A DNA stretch of 32,000 nucleotides. It comes from an uncultured Alphaproteobacteria bacterium. Its GTDB lineage: Bacteria; Pseudomonadota; Alphaproteobacteria; Rhizobiales; Beijerinckiaceae. The stretch is from assembly GCA_963773155.1 (NCBI GenBank), contig CAVZAB010000025.1, positions 210,962 to 242,961 on the forward strand. The letters run 5' to 3'. Positions within the stretch are counted from its first letter, which is position 1. The number at the start of each line of letters is the position of its first letter. Positions 1 through 7,344 of the stretch are shown here, one piece after another. The notes beneath the pieces were generated by a model. The model saw only the letters and a list, made by a program, of their open reading frames with translations, was not told where the DNA came from and did no database searches. The position numbers and the translations under genes were made by a program.

Positions 1-926
1 CCGGCGCAGCGCCCGTCGGTAAGCCGGCATTCATTCAGCGCCCGCAACTCGTCCAAATTGCGCTGGAAGGTCTGGCCGCCTGGGCTGAGAAAGTGACCGC
101 CGAGGATTTGTTCGAAGAAGGTTTTGGCGCCGTAGGGACCAAGCGTGTGTGGTGCGAGGCCCTTCTCGGCCTCGAGTGCCGCGGTTTGGCGGTCGTGGTC
201 CTTGGCTGTGAGGCCGGCGGACTGCAGCACGTCGGCATCGCGGAGGATGGCGCACATCAGCCGCACGGACGGCTGGCTAAGGGCAGCAAATTCCTGGCGC
301 AGCCGGCCGAACGAGGCGACGTCGAAATTGGGTCGCAGGCTTGCTTCGAGTACCGGATACCCTTGCACGATATCGGTCAGAAGTATGGCGCAGCGCACAG
401 CCTCGATCGCCGGTTGCTCGACTTGGTTGCGCTGCAATATAGCGCCGACACAATCGGCGGCGAGTCGCTCGAGGCGAAATGGCTCGTAAGCTCTTGCGCC
501 GCTCCGATCGGCGATCTCATTGCCTCTACCATCATGATGTATGTCATGGCCGAAAGCGGCGCAGCAGCCGAGCAGCAAATCGGCCGGCTCGAAATGCACG
601 CCGAAGGTCGCTTCGGCGCGCTCTTGGCCGAGCATGGCAAGGGTGAGCCAAATCACGCCGACTTCGAGCGAATGCATGGGATTATGATAGGAATTGCCGT
701 GACCGGACCGATCCGCCTCGCGGGCGATCATCAACAAGGCCCGCGCTTGCGGGCTTTTGGCATGGTCGCCAAACAGGCCGACGATCTGTTCGCAGATGCG
801 CCGGGAGGGTTGGCGCGCATGGCGCAGCGAATCGAGGAGCTTGGACAGGTCGAGCGAATCGGCAAGGGCGGCGCGGCTACGGCCGAGCGTAAAGGCGAAG
901 GCCTCGAAACTCGACGGTTCGTTCAT
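1..926 (-). CDS. Class-I-type 3',5'-cyclic-nucleotide phosphodiesterase-like metal-dependent hydrolase (C-terminus off the left edge)
   Basis: My own translation of the minus strand, in the frame of the ATG at 926, is open all the way to position 1. That explains its absence from the ORF track, since no stop lies in the window. It reads MNEPSSFEAFAFTLGRS...GHGNSYHNPMHSLEVGVIWL...LLLGCCAAFGHDIHHDGRGNEIADRS...AVRCAILLTDIVQGY... HDIHHDGRGNEI (513-548) fits the PDEase_I signature pattern H-D-[LIVMFY]-x-H-x-[AG]-x(2)-[NQ]-x-[LIVMFY]. YHNxxH (about 659-691) and ILLTD resemble the other class I PDE metal-site motifs. Codon usage matches neighbouring genes. The start codon is uncertain (a GTG at 947 is also possible). 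Confidence 0.7.
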   Translation of the reverse strand, partial: MNEPSSFEAFAFTLGRSRAALADSLDLSKLLDSLRHARQPSRRICEQIVGLFGDHAKSPQARALLMIAREADRSGHGNSYHNPMHSLEVGVIWLTLAMLGQERAEATFGVHFEPADLLLGCCAAFGHDIHHDGRGNEIADRSGARAYEPFRLERLAADCVGAILQRNQVEQPAIEAVRCAILLTDIVQGYPVLEASLRPNFDVASFGRLRQEFAALSQPSVRLMCAILRDADVLQSAGLTAKDHDRQTAALEAEKGLAPHTLGPYGAKTFFEQILGGHFLSPGGQTFQRNLDELRALNECRLTDGRCA

Positions 927-1164
927 GAAACGCGGCAGTCCCGCCACGATCCCCTCGGGTCGCCATGAGGCGGCGTAAGACCTTGTCCGCGGCTTCGGGG
1001 ATTTTTTTTCGGCGGTAAGCCGCAAGAGATGCCTGTCCGGTCGATCAACCCGTGCCTCGCGACTTGCGTGCTGGAGCCGGCGCTGGGCCGGATTGCATAC
1101 CCTATCGATACACTCAGCCCGTCCCTGATTTCAACCCCGCTCGCAGCAGGGACATTAACTAACT

Positions 1165-1180
1165 GAAAAAGCGCTTTTTC
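1165..1180 (-). terminator. Possible weak intrinsic terminator or palindrome directly after the K+ channel stop
   Basis: Perfect 16-nt palindrome GAAAAAGCGCTTTTTC abutting the stop codon (cta at 1180-1182 on the plus strand). The stem is AU-rich with a U-run in the 3' arm. There is no GC-rich stem, so it is weak. Confidence 0.25.
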
Positions 1181-2316
1181 TATGCCTCGGATGGGGTGGG
1201 AGCGGCGGCTGGGGCGGCGGCGGGCGCGGTCATGCGGCGGGCCGCTTCGGCGCCGATCGCGGCAGTCAGTTCAGGGCGGCTTGCCGCAAGGCCGCGGAAG
1301 TCGGCGATATCGAGAACGAGCAATTGGGTTTCTCTGGTTGTCATGACTGTCGCGTTGCGCGGGCCGCCGGTTATCAGCGCGATCTCGCCGAAGAAGGCGC
1401 CGGGACCAAGCCGCACCGATTGCGGCTCGATTAGGATTTCGACTTCGCCGGCGATGATGAAGAACATGCAATCGCCGGGCTGGCCCTTGCGGGTCACAAT
1501 CGCCCGGCTCGGCAGTTCGCGCGGCCGCAGCAAGGCTGCGAGGTCGGCGATGGTCGAGGGGCCGGCCTCGCGAAAGAAAGGTACGCGCGACAGCATGTCC
1601 CAGGATTGCAGGAAATCGCGCCGTCGCATTTCCGCGGCAAAGCTGGTGGCAAGCAGGCCGGCGAGCAGCGCGAACAGAATAATGCCGCTGACCATCACCA
1701 GGCCGCCAAGCATGCGGCCGAGTCCGGTTACCGGGACCCGGTCGCCATAGCCGGTAGTGGTCAAGGTTGTGATCGTCCACCAGAGCGCATCGCCGACGCT
1801 GCCGAAGGCGTCAGGCTGGATCTTCGCCTCGGCGAGATAGGCGAGTACCGAGGCAGCGACCAGGACAACGGCAAACAGCAGCGCCAGGCCCAGGATCGAC
1901 ACGCGCTCGCGCAACAGAACGGTCATCAGCATCTGTGGGCCTGCGGAATAGCGGGCAAAGCGCAACAGCCAGAGCGAGGCAAGCAGCGGCGCGCCATCCG
2001 GGGTCCAATAGAAGGGTGCGGCGAGGGTGATTGGCAGAATGGTCAGAAGATCGAGGGCGCCCGGCAGGGACCAGGCCCAGCCGATTCGCGCCGCCTGCGG
2101 CTCATCGGCGTTGGACGGCGGCTCGAGTTGCGGCGCGAAAGCGAGCCTGAGGGCGGCATCGGCGAGAAAAATCAGGAGGATTGCGATCAGCATGGCCTGG
2201 CAGATGAGGCGGGCCGGTTCGGAAAGATTGGGCGAGGTATTGGCCATCATGGCGACGATGCCGAGAATGATCAGACAGCCCTCCGCCAGCCGGTAGACCC
2301 TGGCCGCGGGGGCCAT
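1180..2316 (-). CDS. Cyclic-nucleotide-gated K+ channel (6TM ion-transport domain plus C-terminal cNMP-binding domain, MloK1-like)
   Basis: K+ selectivity filter TTLTTTGYGD (about 1741-1761). Multiple TM helices with an S4-like LWLLRFARY segment. The C-terminal cNMP-binding phosphate-binding cassette reads FFGEIALITGGPRNATVMT. The ORF is open to 2520, but that N-terminal extension is non-protein-like and would overlap the divergent gene. The ATG at 2316 (MAPAARVYRL...) is preferred. Confidence 0.85.
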   Translation of the reverse strand: MAPAARVYRLAEGCLIILGIVAMMANTSPNLSEPARLICQAMLIAILLIFLADAALRLAFAPQLEPPSNADEPQAARIGWAWSLPGALDLLTILPITLAAPFYWTPDGAPLLASLWLLRFARYSAGPQMLMTVLLRERVSILGLALLFAVVLVAASVLAYLAEAKIQPDAFGSVGDALWWTITTLTTTGYGDRVPVTGLGRMLGGLVMVSGIILFALLAGLLATSFAAEMRRRDFLQSWDMLSRVPFFREAGPSTIADLAALLRPRELPSRAIVTRKGQPGDCMFFIIAGEVEILIEPQSVRLGPGAFFGEIALITGGPRNATVMTTRETQLLVLDIADFRGLAASRPELTAAIGAEAARRMTAPAAAPAAAPTPSEA

Positions 2317-2573
2317 GGATTTCTGGTCGAGCAGCGCCGCCAGACGGTGCGGGGGAACTTTCGTCACTATTGTCCACTCGACTTGGGGCTGGGCGAGGCT
2401 AGGGGGCGCCCGAACCAGCTCTTTGGACGCGTGACCATTGTGCCGTGCAATCGATCCGGCGCAAGGGCTGCGCGGGTCGACAATCCGGGTCGGAGTGTGA
2501 TGAAGTGCCCGCGGCGGCATGGAAAACCGGGCTCAGGATCGAGTCCTGCGGGTGTCAGGGGAACAGGCAGGGG

Positions 2574-5246
2574 ATGGAACGCAATCTCTTTGTCTACATC
2601 TGGCGACGCACGCGGCGCGAGCAAATCTGGATTCTGATCATTATCCTTTTGTCGATGCCGGCCAATTTCGCGCTGCTCGACCTGCCGAAATCCATCGTCA
2701 ACGGGCCGATTCAGGGTCGCGGATTTGAAAATGGCGCGACCCAGCGGTTGTTTTCGATCCGCCTGCCAGCGCCGGGCTTCCTCAGCGACACGGGCAACCT
2801 CACTCTGTTCGCCGGCCTAGAACTGCAGCGCGTTCCGGCGCTGTTCCTGCTCAGCAGCGCCTTCCTTGGGCTGGTCATCATCAATGGCATGTTCAAATAT
2901 TACATCAATACCTACAAGGGCCGCCTCGGCGAGCGCATGCTTCAAGTCCTCAGATTCGAGCTTTTCGACCGAATCCTGCGGTTTCCGCCCGCTGATCTCC
3001 ACCGAGTCAAGCCGGCCGAAATCGCGACAATGATCAAGGACGAGGTCGAGCCGCTCGGCGGCTTCATCGGCGACGCCTTTGTCCAACCGTTTTTTCTCGG
3101 CGGCCAGATTGTCACTTCGCTCGCCTTCATATTCATCCAGAACATCTGGCTTGGCTGTGTGACGATTCTGCTGCTCGCCGTGCAGGGTTTGGTGATTCCG
3201 CGCCTTCGCCGCCGGCAGCTCGAATTGTCACGCCAGCGGCAAGTGTCGGCACGCGCCCTGGCTGGCCGGATCGGCGAGGTCATCGAGGACATGCCGAGCA
3301 TCCGCAGCAATGATACGGCGAATTTTCAGCGGGCCGACATTGTCAATCGTCTTACCCATGTCTTCTCGATCCGCTTTGCCTTGTACCAATGGAAGTTTTT
3401 CGTCAAGTTCCTGAACAACCTCTTGGCCCAGCTGACGCCCTTTTTTTTCTATGCGATCGGCGGCTATTTTGCGACCATCGGCCGGCTCGACATCGGTCAA
3501 TTGGTTGCGGTGATTTCTGCCTATAAGGAATTGCCTTCGCCGGTCAAGGAGCTGATCGACTGGGATCAGCAGCGGCTGGATGTGGAGGTCAAATACCATC
3601 AGGTCATCGACCAGTTCTCGGCCGAGGGGACGCTGCTGCCGGCGGCGATGCCGGAGCCACCGCGACCCTTGCCGCGACTAACCGGCGATCTTGTCTTCGA
3701 CGCGGTGACGGTGAGCGACCTATCGCATGAAAAGCTCCTGGACGGACTGAGTTTTGCTATGGCGCTTACCGAAGTCATCGCACTCGTCAACGCCGATCGC
3801 GGCGGTGCCGAAGTGGTGGCTGAAGCCATAGCCGGTCTTGCCGAAATCGATTCGGGACAAATCAGCGTTGGCGGGCGCAACCTGATCGATTGGCCGGTGT
3901 CGGTCACGGCGCGGCGGATCTCCTATGCCGGTCCGGAGCCATTCTTTCCGCAATCGACTTTGCTCGACGCATTGGTCTCCGGGCTGAAGTTTGCGGCCAG
4001 TCCGCCGCCCGATCCGGATGCTCGGGCGATCCCCAAACACTTGCAAATCATCGAAGTGGAGGGTGTCGATCTCGATTTCAATCGCGACTGGATCGACTAT
4101 GACATCGCCGGGTCGACCGGCCCCGGCGAATTATACGAGCGCGTCAAGGCCACGCTTCAGATCGTCGACCTCGACAACGATGCGGTGAGCTGGGGGCTTG
4201 ACCGCCAGCTTGATCCGCGTAGCGACAGCGAGGCTCTGCGGGAAAGGCTGGTTGCGGCAAGAGGCGCCTTTCGCAGCCGCCTCAAAGAGGCGGGGCTGAC
4301 GCATCTCGTCGAACCGTTCGACCCCGACACCTATTGCCATCAGGCCACTATTTTCGAGAACATTCTGTTTGGCACGACCCGCGGGGATGCCGCCAAATTG
4401 ATCGAAGGATCGCAGCTGCAGAAATTGCTCGCTAAGCAGCGCCTCGACGGCGATTTATTCGGCGTCGGTCGGGAGATTGCGGCAACGGTCATCGAGGTCT
4501 TTTCCGGCATTACCGCCGACAATCGGTTATTTGCGCAGCAGGCGCTGATGCCGGCCGAGGAATTCGCCGAATACGATCAAGCCTTGAAACGGCTTGGGCC
4601 GCGGACCAGTTTTGATCAGGCGAATCGAGCCGATCGCCTGCGCTTCATCCGCCTCGCTCTCAATTACATCGAACCGCGCGACCGGCTCGGTCTCCTCGAT
4701 GCCGAACTTGAAAGGCGGCTGGTCGAAGCGCGCAAGGCGTTCCGTGAGCAGCTCGGCGCCGATCAGACCGACATCGTTTTCTACGATCCGCAGACTTACA
4801 ATCCGGCCGCCTCGATCCAGGAGAACATTCTCCTCGGCAGGGTCGCTTTTGGCGTCGCCTCGGCCAGTGACCGCGTCAACGGCTTCGTGCGGACGATTGT
4901 TGACGATCTCGGGCTGCGCGACGTCGCTCTCAAGGCCGGGCTGACTTTCGACATCGGGCCGGCCGGCAAGCGCTTGTCGCGGGTCCAACGCCAGAAGCTC
5001 TCGATGGCGAGAGCCTTGCTTCGCCGGCCTGATCTTCTGGTTGCAAATGGCGCCCTTTCGGCGCTCGACGGGCTCAGTCAGGGTCAGGTGGTTAACCGAG
5101 TCCTGGCGCGGGCGCGTGGAGCGAACAACGATCAGCGCTTCGGCATTGTTTGGGCCATGGCGAGTGCGCAATTTGCCGAACATTTTGACCGAGTGCTAGT
5201 CCTCGACCATGGCAAGCGCATTGAGAATGCACAGGCCGCGAAATGA
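2574..5246 (+). CDS. ABC exporter-like fused permease/NBD protein with degenerate, expanded nucleotide-binding domain
   Basis: The N-terminal roughly 330 aa look like an ABC type-1 transmembrane domain (several long hydrophobic helices). In the C-terminal region the Walker A position reads IALVNADRGGAEV (about 3778-3816, no GKS/T). The signature reads LSRVQRQ (about 4971-4994) and Walker B reads LLVANGALSALD (about 5033-5068, with D-E replaced by N-G). About 400 aa separate the Walker A and signature positions. The start is taken at ATG 2574 (MERNLFVYIWRR...), preceded by GGGG. The ORF-track start at 2445 gives an implausible leader. Confidence 0.75.
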   Translation: MERNLFVYIWRRTRREQIWILIIILLSMPANFALLDLPKSIVNGPIQGRGFENGATQRLFSIRLPAPGFLSDTGNLTLFAGLELQRVPALFLLSSAFLGLVIINGMFKYYINTYKGRLGERMLQVLRFELFDRILRFPPADLHRVKPAEIATMIKDEVEPLGGFIGDAFVQPFFLGGQIVTSLAFIFIQNIWLGCVTILLLAVQGLVIPRLRRRQLELSRQRQVSARALAGRIGEVIEDMPSIRSNDTANFQRADIVNRLTHVFSIRFALYQWKFFVKFLNNLLAQLTPFFFYAIGGYFATIGRLDIGQLVAVISAYKELPSPVKELIDWDQQRLDVEVKYHQVIDQFSAEGTLLPAAMPEPPRPLPRLTGDLVFDAVTVSDLSHEKLLDGLSFAMALTEVIALVNADRGGAEVVAEAIAGLAEIDSGQISVGGRNLIDWPVSVTARRISYAGPEPFFPQSTLLDALVSGLKFAASPPPDPDARAIPKHLQIIEVEGVDLDFNRDWIDYDIAGSTGPGELYERVKATLQIVDLDNDAVSWGLDRQLDPRSDSEALRERLVAARGAFRSRLKEAGLTHLVEPFDPDTYCHQATIFENILFGTTRGDAAKLIEGSQLQKLLAKQRLDGDLFGVGREIAATVIEVFSGITADNRLFAQQALMPAEEFAEYDQALKRLGPRTSFDQANRADRLRFIRLALNYIEPRDRLGLLDAELERRLVEARKAFREQLGADQTDIVFYDPQTYNPAASIQENILLGRVAFGVASASDRVNGFVRTIVDDLGLRDVALKAGLTFDIGPAGKRLSRVQRQKLSMARALLRRPDLLVANGALSALDGLSQGQVVNRVLARARGANNDQRFGIVWAMASAQFAEHFDRVLVLDHGKRIENAQAAK

Positions 5247-5289
5247 TCGAATTCGGCGGGGGGCGAGGATCCAATGCGGGGAGAGTGTC

Positions 5290-5745
5290 GTGAGCCTGTT
5301 GAAGCAAGACGTTGAGGTTCTGCGTCGCGTGCCGTTGTTTGCGCCAATTGACACGGCGCGGCTAAAGCTCTTGGCCTTCACCTCGCAACGCCTGTCGTTT
5401 GAGGCCGACCAGGTCCTATTCGAGCAGAATGAGGCTGGCGACACGGCCTATGTGCTGATCGATGGGACCGCCGACGTCTTCGTCAAGGCCGGCCCGCGTG
5501 AGGTCAAGGTCGCAACCGTCGGGCGCTACGGCTTCGTCGGAGAGATTGCGATTTTGTGCGACGTGCCGCGCACCGCGACGGTACGAACGACGAGCCGGGT
5601 GGAAGCCCTAGTCATCCAGAAGGATCAATTGCTCGAGCTCTTGCGCAATTTTCCCGACATAGCCATCGCGATGATCCGGGAACTAGCTTTACGCCTCAAC
5701 CAGACCAATCAGAAACTGGCGGCGCTGGCGCAGCGGCAGAATTGA
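5290..5745 (+). CDS. Stand-alone cyclic-nucleotide-binding (CAP/CNB-fold) domain protein
   Basis: Translation includes VPLF..., LSFEADQVLFEQNEAGDTAYVLIDGTADVF..., and FVGEIAILCDVPRTATVRT, a canonical phosphate-binding cassette. The GTG at 5290 is preceded by GGGGAGAG at good spacing. The ATG at 5209 would overlap the ABC gene by 38 nt. Confidence 0.8.
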   Translation: MSLLKQDVEVLRRVPLFAPIDTARLKLLAFTSQRLSFEADQVLFEQNEAGDTAYVLIDGTADVFVKAGPREVKVATVGRYGFVGEIAILCDVPRTATVRTTSRVEALVIQKDQLLELLRNFPDIAIAMIRELALRLNQTNQKLAALAQRQN

Positions 5746-5749
5746 CGCT

Positions 5750-6523
5750 TCAGCGGCCCTTCCACTGTGGTTTGCGCTTTTCCGCAAAGGCGCGCGCGCC
5801 CTCATTCAGGTCTTGCGAGGCGATGACCTTTTGGACGAGATCGGCGGCGTCGTGAATGAGGAAGGCCTCATGCTCGCTCGCGGTCTCGGTCAGCCGCAGC
5901 AATTGCTTGATGGCCGGGAATAGGAGTGGCGGGCCTTCGGCAAGCTGAGTGGCTATTTGGCGCGCCTTGGCAAGGGCGCCGCCCTTTTCGACGACATGGT
6001 TGACGAGACCCCAGTGTTTGGCTTCCGCGACATCCATCCAGCGCCCGGTCAGCAGAAATTCGACCGCGACATGGTAGGGAATGCGGCGGCGCAATTTGAT
6101 CGTGCCTGCATCGGGCAGGACACCCACATTAATTTCGGGCAGGGCAAAGCGGGCATGCTCCTCGGCCACGATAATATCGGTGCCGAGCATAAGTTCCATG
6201 CCACCGCCGCAGGCAATGCCGTTGACGGCGGCGATAATTGGCTTGTTCAGATTGCGGGGGTAATTCAGGCCGCCAAAGCCTCCTTCGCCCCAGTCGGAAT
6301 CCGCCGCCTCGCCCTCGGCAGCAGCTTTGAGATCCCAGCCGGCCGAGAAGAACTTTTCGCCGGCGCCGGTCAGAATGGCGATGCGCAGATTTGGATCGTC
6401 GCGAAAGGCGGAAAAGATCTGGTTGAGGCGCAGACTGGCCTGCCGGTCGAGAGCGTTTGCCTTCGGGCGGTCAATCGCAATCTCTAGAATTGAGCCGTTT
6501 TGCGTGGTTCTAATTTCCGCCAT
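5750..6523 (-). CDS. Enoyl-CoA hydratase/isomerase (crotonase) family protein, CaiD-like
   Basis: MAEIRTTQNGSILEIAIDRPKANALD...ILTGAGEKFFSAGWDLK...PIIAAVNGIACGGGMELMLGTDIIVAEEHARFALPEINVGVLP is a typical crotonase fold. The start is taken at ATG 6523. The upstream ORF extension to 6661 is not crotonase-like. Confidence 0.85.
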   Translation of the reverse strand: MAEIRTTQNGSILEIAIDRPKANALDRQASLRLNQIFSAFRDDPNLRIAILTGAGEKFFSAGWDLKAAAEGEAADSDWGEGGFGGLNYPRNLNKPIIAAVNGIACGGGMELMLGTDIIVAEEHARFALPEINVGVLPDAGTIKLRRRIPYHVAVEFLLTGRWMDVAEAKHWGLVNHVVEKGGALAKARQIATQLAEGPPLLFPAIKQLLRLTETASEHEAFLIHDAADLVQKVIASQDLNEGARAFAEKRKPQWKGR

Positions 6524-6690
6524 GCCCCGCCTTTGTCGCCGCAATTCGTCCCTTTTGCAAGGTCGCCAAAGTGTTCGCTCCGATAAATCATCTCTGGCCA
6601 AATCGCTCCCAGTTCGGGTCGGTTCGATCGGCCAGGACCGGTTGCCGGTTCGGGCCGGCAACCCGAAGACATGCTCTCAAAGCACAAACC

Positions 6691-6722
6691 GAGCGGCGCA
6701 ATCGAACTGCGAGACGCCGCTC
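6691..6722 (-). terminator. Candidate intrinsic terminator downstream of cytochrome c2
   Basis: 8-bp GC-rich inverted repeat GAGCGGCG...CGCCGCTC (6691-6698 and 6715-6722). On the minus-strand transcript it is followed by GGUUUGUGCUUUG. The loop is long (16 nt) and the U-tract is interrupted. Confidence 0.3.
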
Positions 6723-6814
6723 GATTGGCCGCCCAATGAGCGGTCAGGCATTGAGTTCGCTTCAAGCTGGCGAGGCGCCGCCATTGGCCATTCGGGCTGC
6801 CTGCCAGGCCTGCC

Positions 6815-7225
6815 TCAGAGTTTTTTTCCGTCCGGTCCGAATTGCTTGAGATAGGCAATGACATTGTCAATATCGGTCGGATTGGGTAGGCCTTGAAAAG
6901 TCATTTTTGTGCCGGGGATCTTTGCTTTCGGATTAGGCAAATATTCCTTTAACGTAGCTTCGTCCCAAGTAATGCCCGAGTTTTTGTTAGCATCCGAAAA
7001 ATTATAGCCCTCGACGGTGCCAGCTTTGCGGCCAATCACGCCATTGAGGACCGGCCCGACGGAGTTTTTCGCCCCCTCGCCGATTTGATGGCAGACTTTG
7101 CATTTCAAGAAGACCTTTTCGCCGGCCGCCGCATCTTGTGCCAACGATTGGCCAATCGTGGCGCCGAAGCTCGCCGCTACAACGATTACAGCAAGTGACG
7201 CGCTTTTATGATCCGTTCGTTTCAT
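6815..7225 (-). CDS. cycA: Soluble class I cytochrome c (cytochrome c2/c550 type) with signal peptide
   Basis: Heme motif CKVCH and a distal Met region (KMTFQGL). Typical c2 segments GPVLNGVIGRKAG and GITWDEATLKEYLPNPKAKIPGTKM. The N-terminal signal peptide is MKRTDHKSASLAVIVVAASFG...AQD. ATG 7225 is preceded by GGAAGGAAG. Confidence 0.85.
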   Translation of the reverse strand: MKRTDHKSASLAVIVVAASFGATIGQSLAQDAAAGEKVFLKCKVCHQIGEGAKNSVGPVLNGVIGRKAGTVEGYNFSDANKNSGITWDEATLKEYLPNPKAKIPGTKMTFQGLPNPTDIDNVIAYLKQFGPDGKKL

Positions 7226-7296
7226 GCGTTTGCTTCCTTCCATTGGTGACGAAACGCCCAAAAGCCTTTTCTAATGGAATCAATGATCGCGGCAAG

Positions 7297-7314
7297 TGTC
7301 AATAGGACGTGACA
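7297..7314. promoter_or_regulatory. PpsR/CrtJ-type operator candidate (TGT-N12-ACA) in the cycA-ispH divergent intergenic region
   Basis: TGTCAATAGGACGTGACA has perfect 5-bp arms TGTCA/TGACA. On the minus strand the 3' half reads TTGACA, which is -35-like for cycA. It lies 31-48 nt upstream of the ispH ATG. Confidence 0.5.
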
Positions 7315-7344
7315 TAGAGAGTGTAAAGAGGTACGCTAAAATCC

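Noticed and set aside
93-968. 291-aa plus-strand ORF (open to the window start), followed by a T8 tract at 1002-1009 that could look like its terminator
   Set aside because: The product has no recognisable motif and is A/G/R/E/L-rich. Its first codon positions coincide with the wobble positions of the opposite-strand frame, which is typical of a shadow ORF. The opposite strand encodes a protein with clear PDE/HD motifs. The hairpin preceding the T8 tract is poor.
2317-2573. Long N-terminal extensions of divergent genes (channel to 2520, ABC from 2445). Similar extensions occur for the crotonase (to 6661), cycA (to 7261), bchI (from 8422) and ppsR (to 19886).
   Set aside because: The extensions overlap each other or upstream genes, and they are not family-like. 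Internal starts give family-typical N-termini, several with better Shine-Dalgarno sequences.
1606-2637. 343-aa plus-strand ORF and other ORFs overlapping the K+ channel gene
   Set aside because: This is an antisense shadow of the channel gene in GC-rich DNA. The translation is low-complexity (Q/R/G-rich), whereas the minus-strand product has the GYGD filter and a CNB domain.
4527-5183. 218-aa minus-strand ORF inside the ABC-like gene. Similar antisense ORFs lie at 7336-7779, 12234-12941, 17685-18338, 20793-21329, 22189-22716 and 31081-31728.
   Set aside because: Each lies antisense to a gene with unambiguous family motifs (ABC, ispH, crtI, MFS, bchF, bchN, puhA) and has an Arg/Pro/Ser-rich, motif-free translation.
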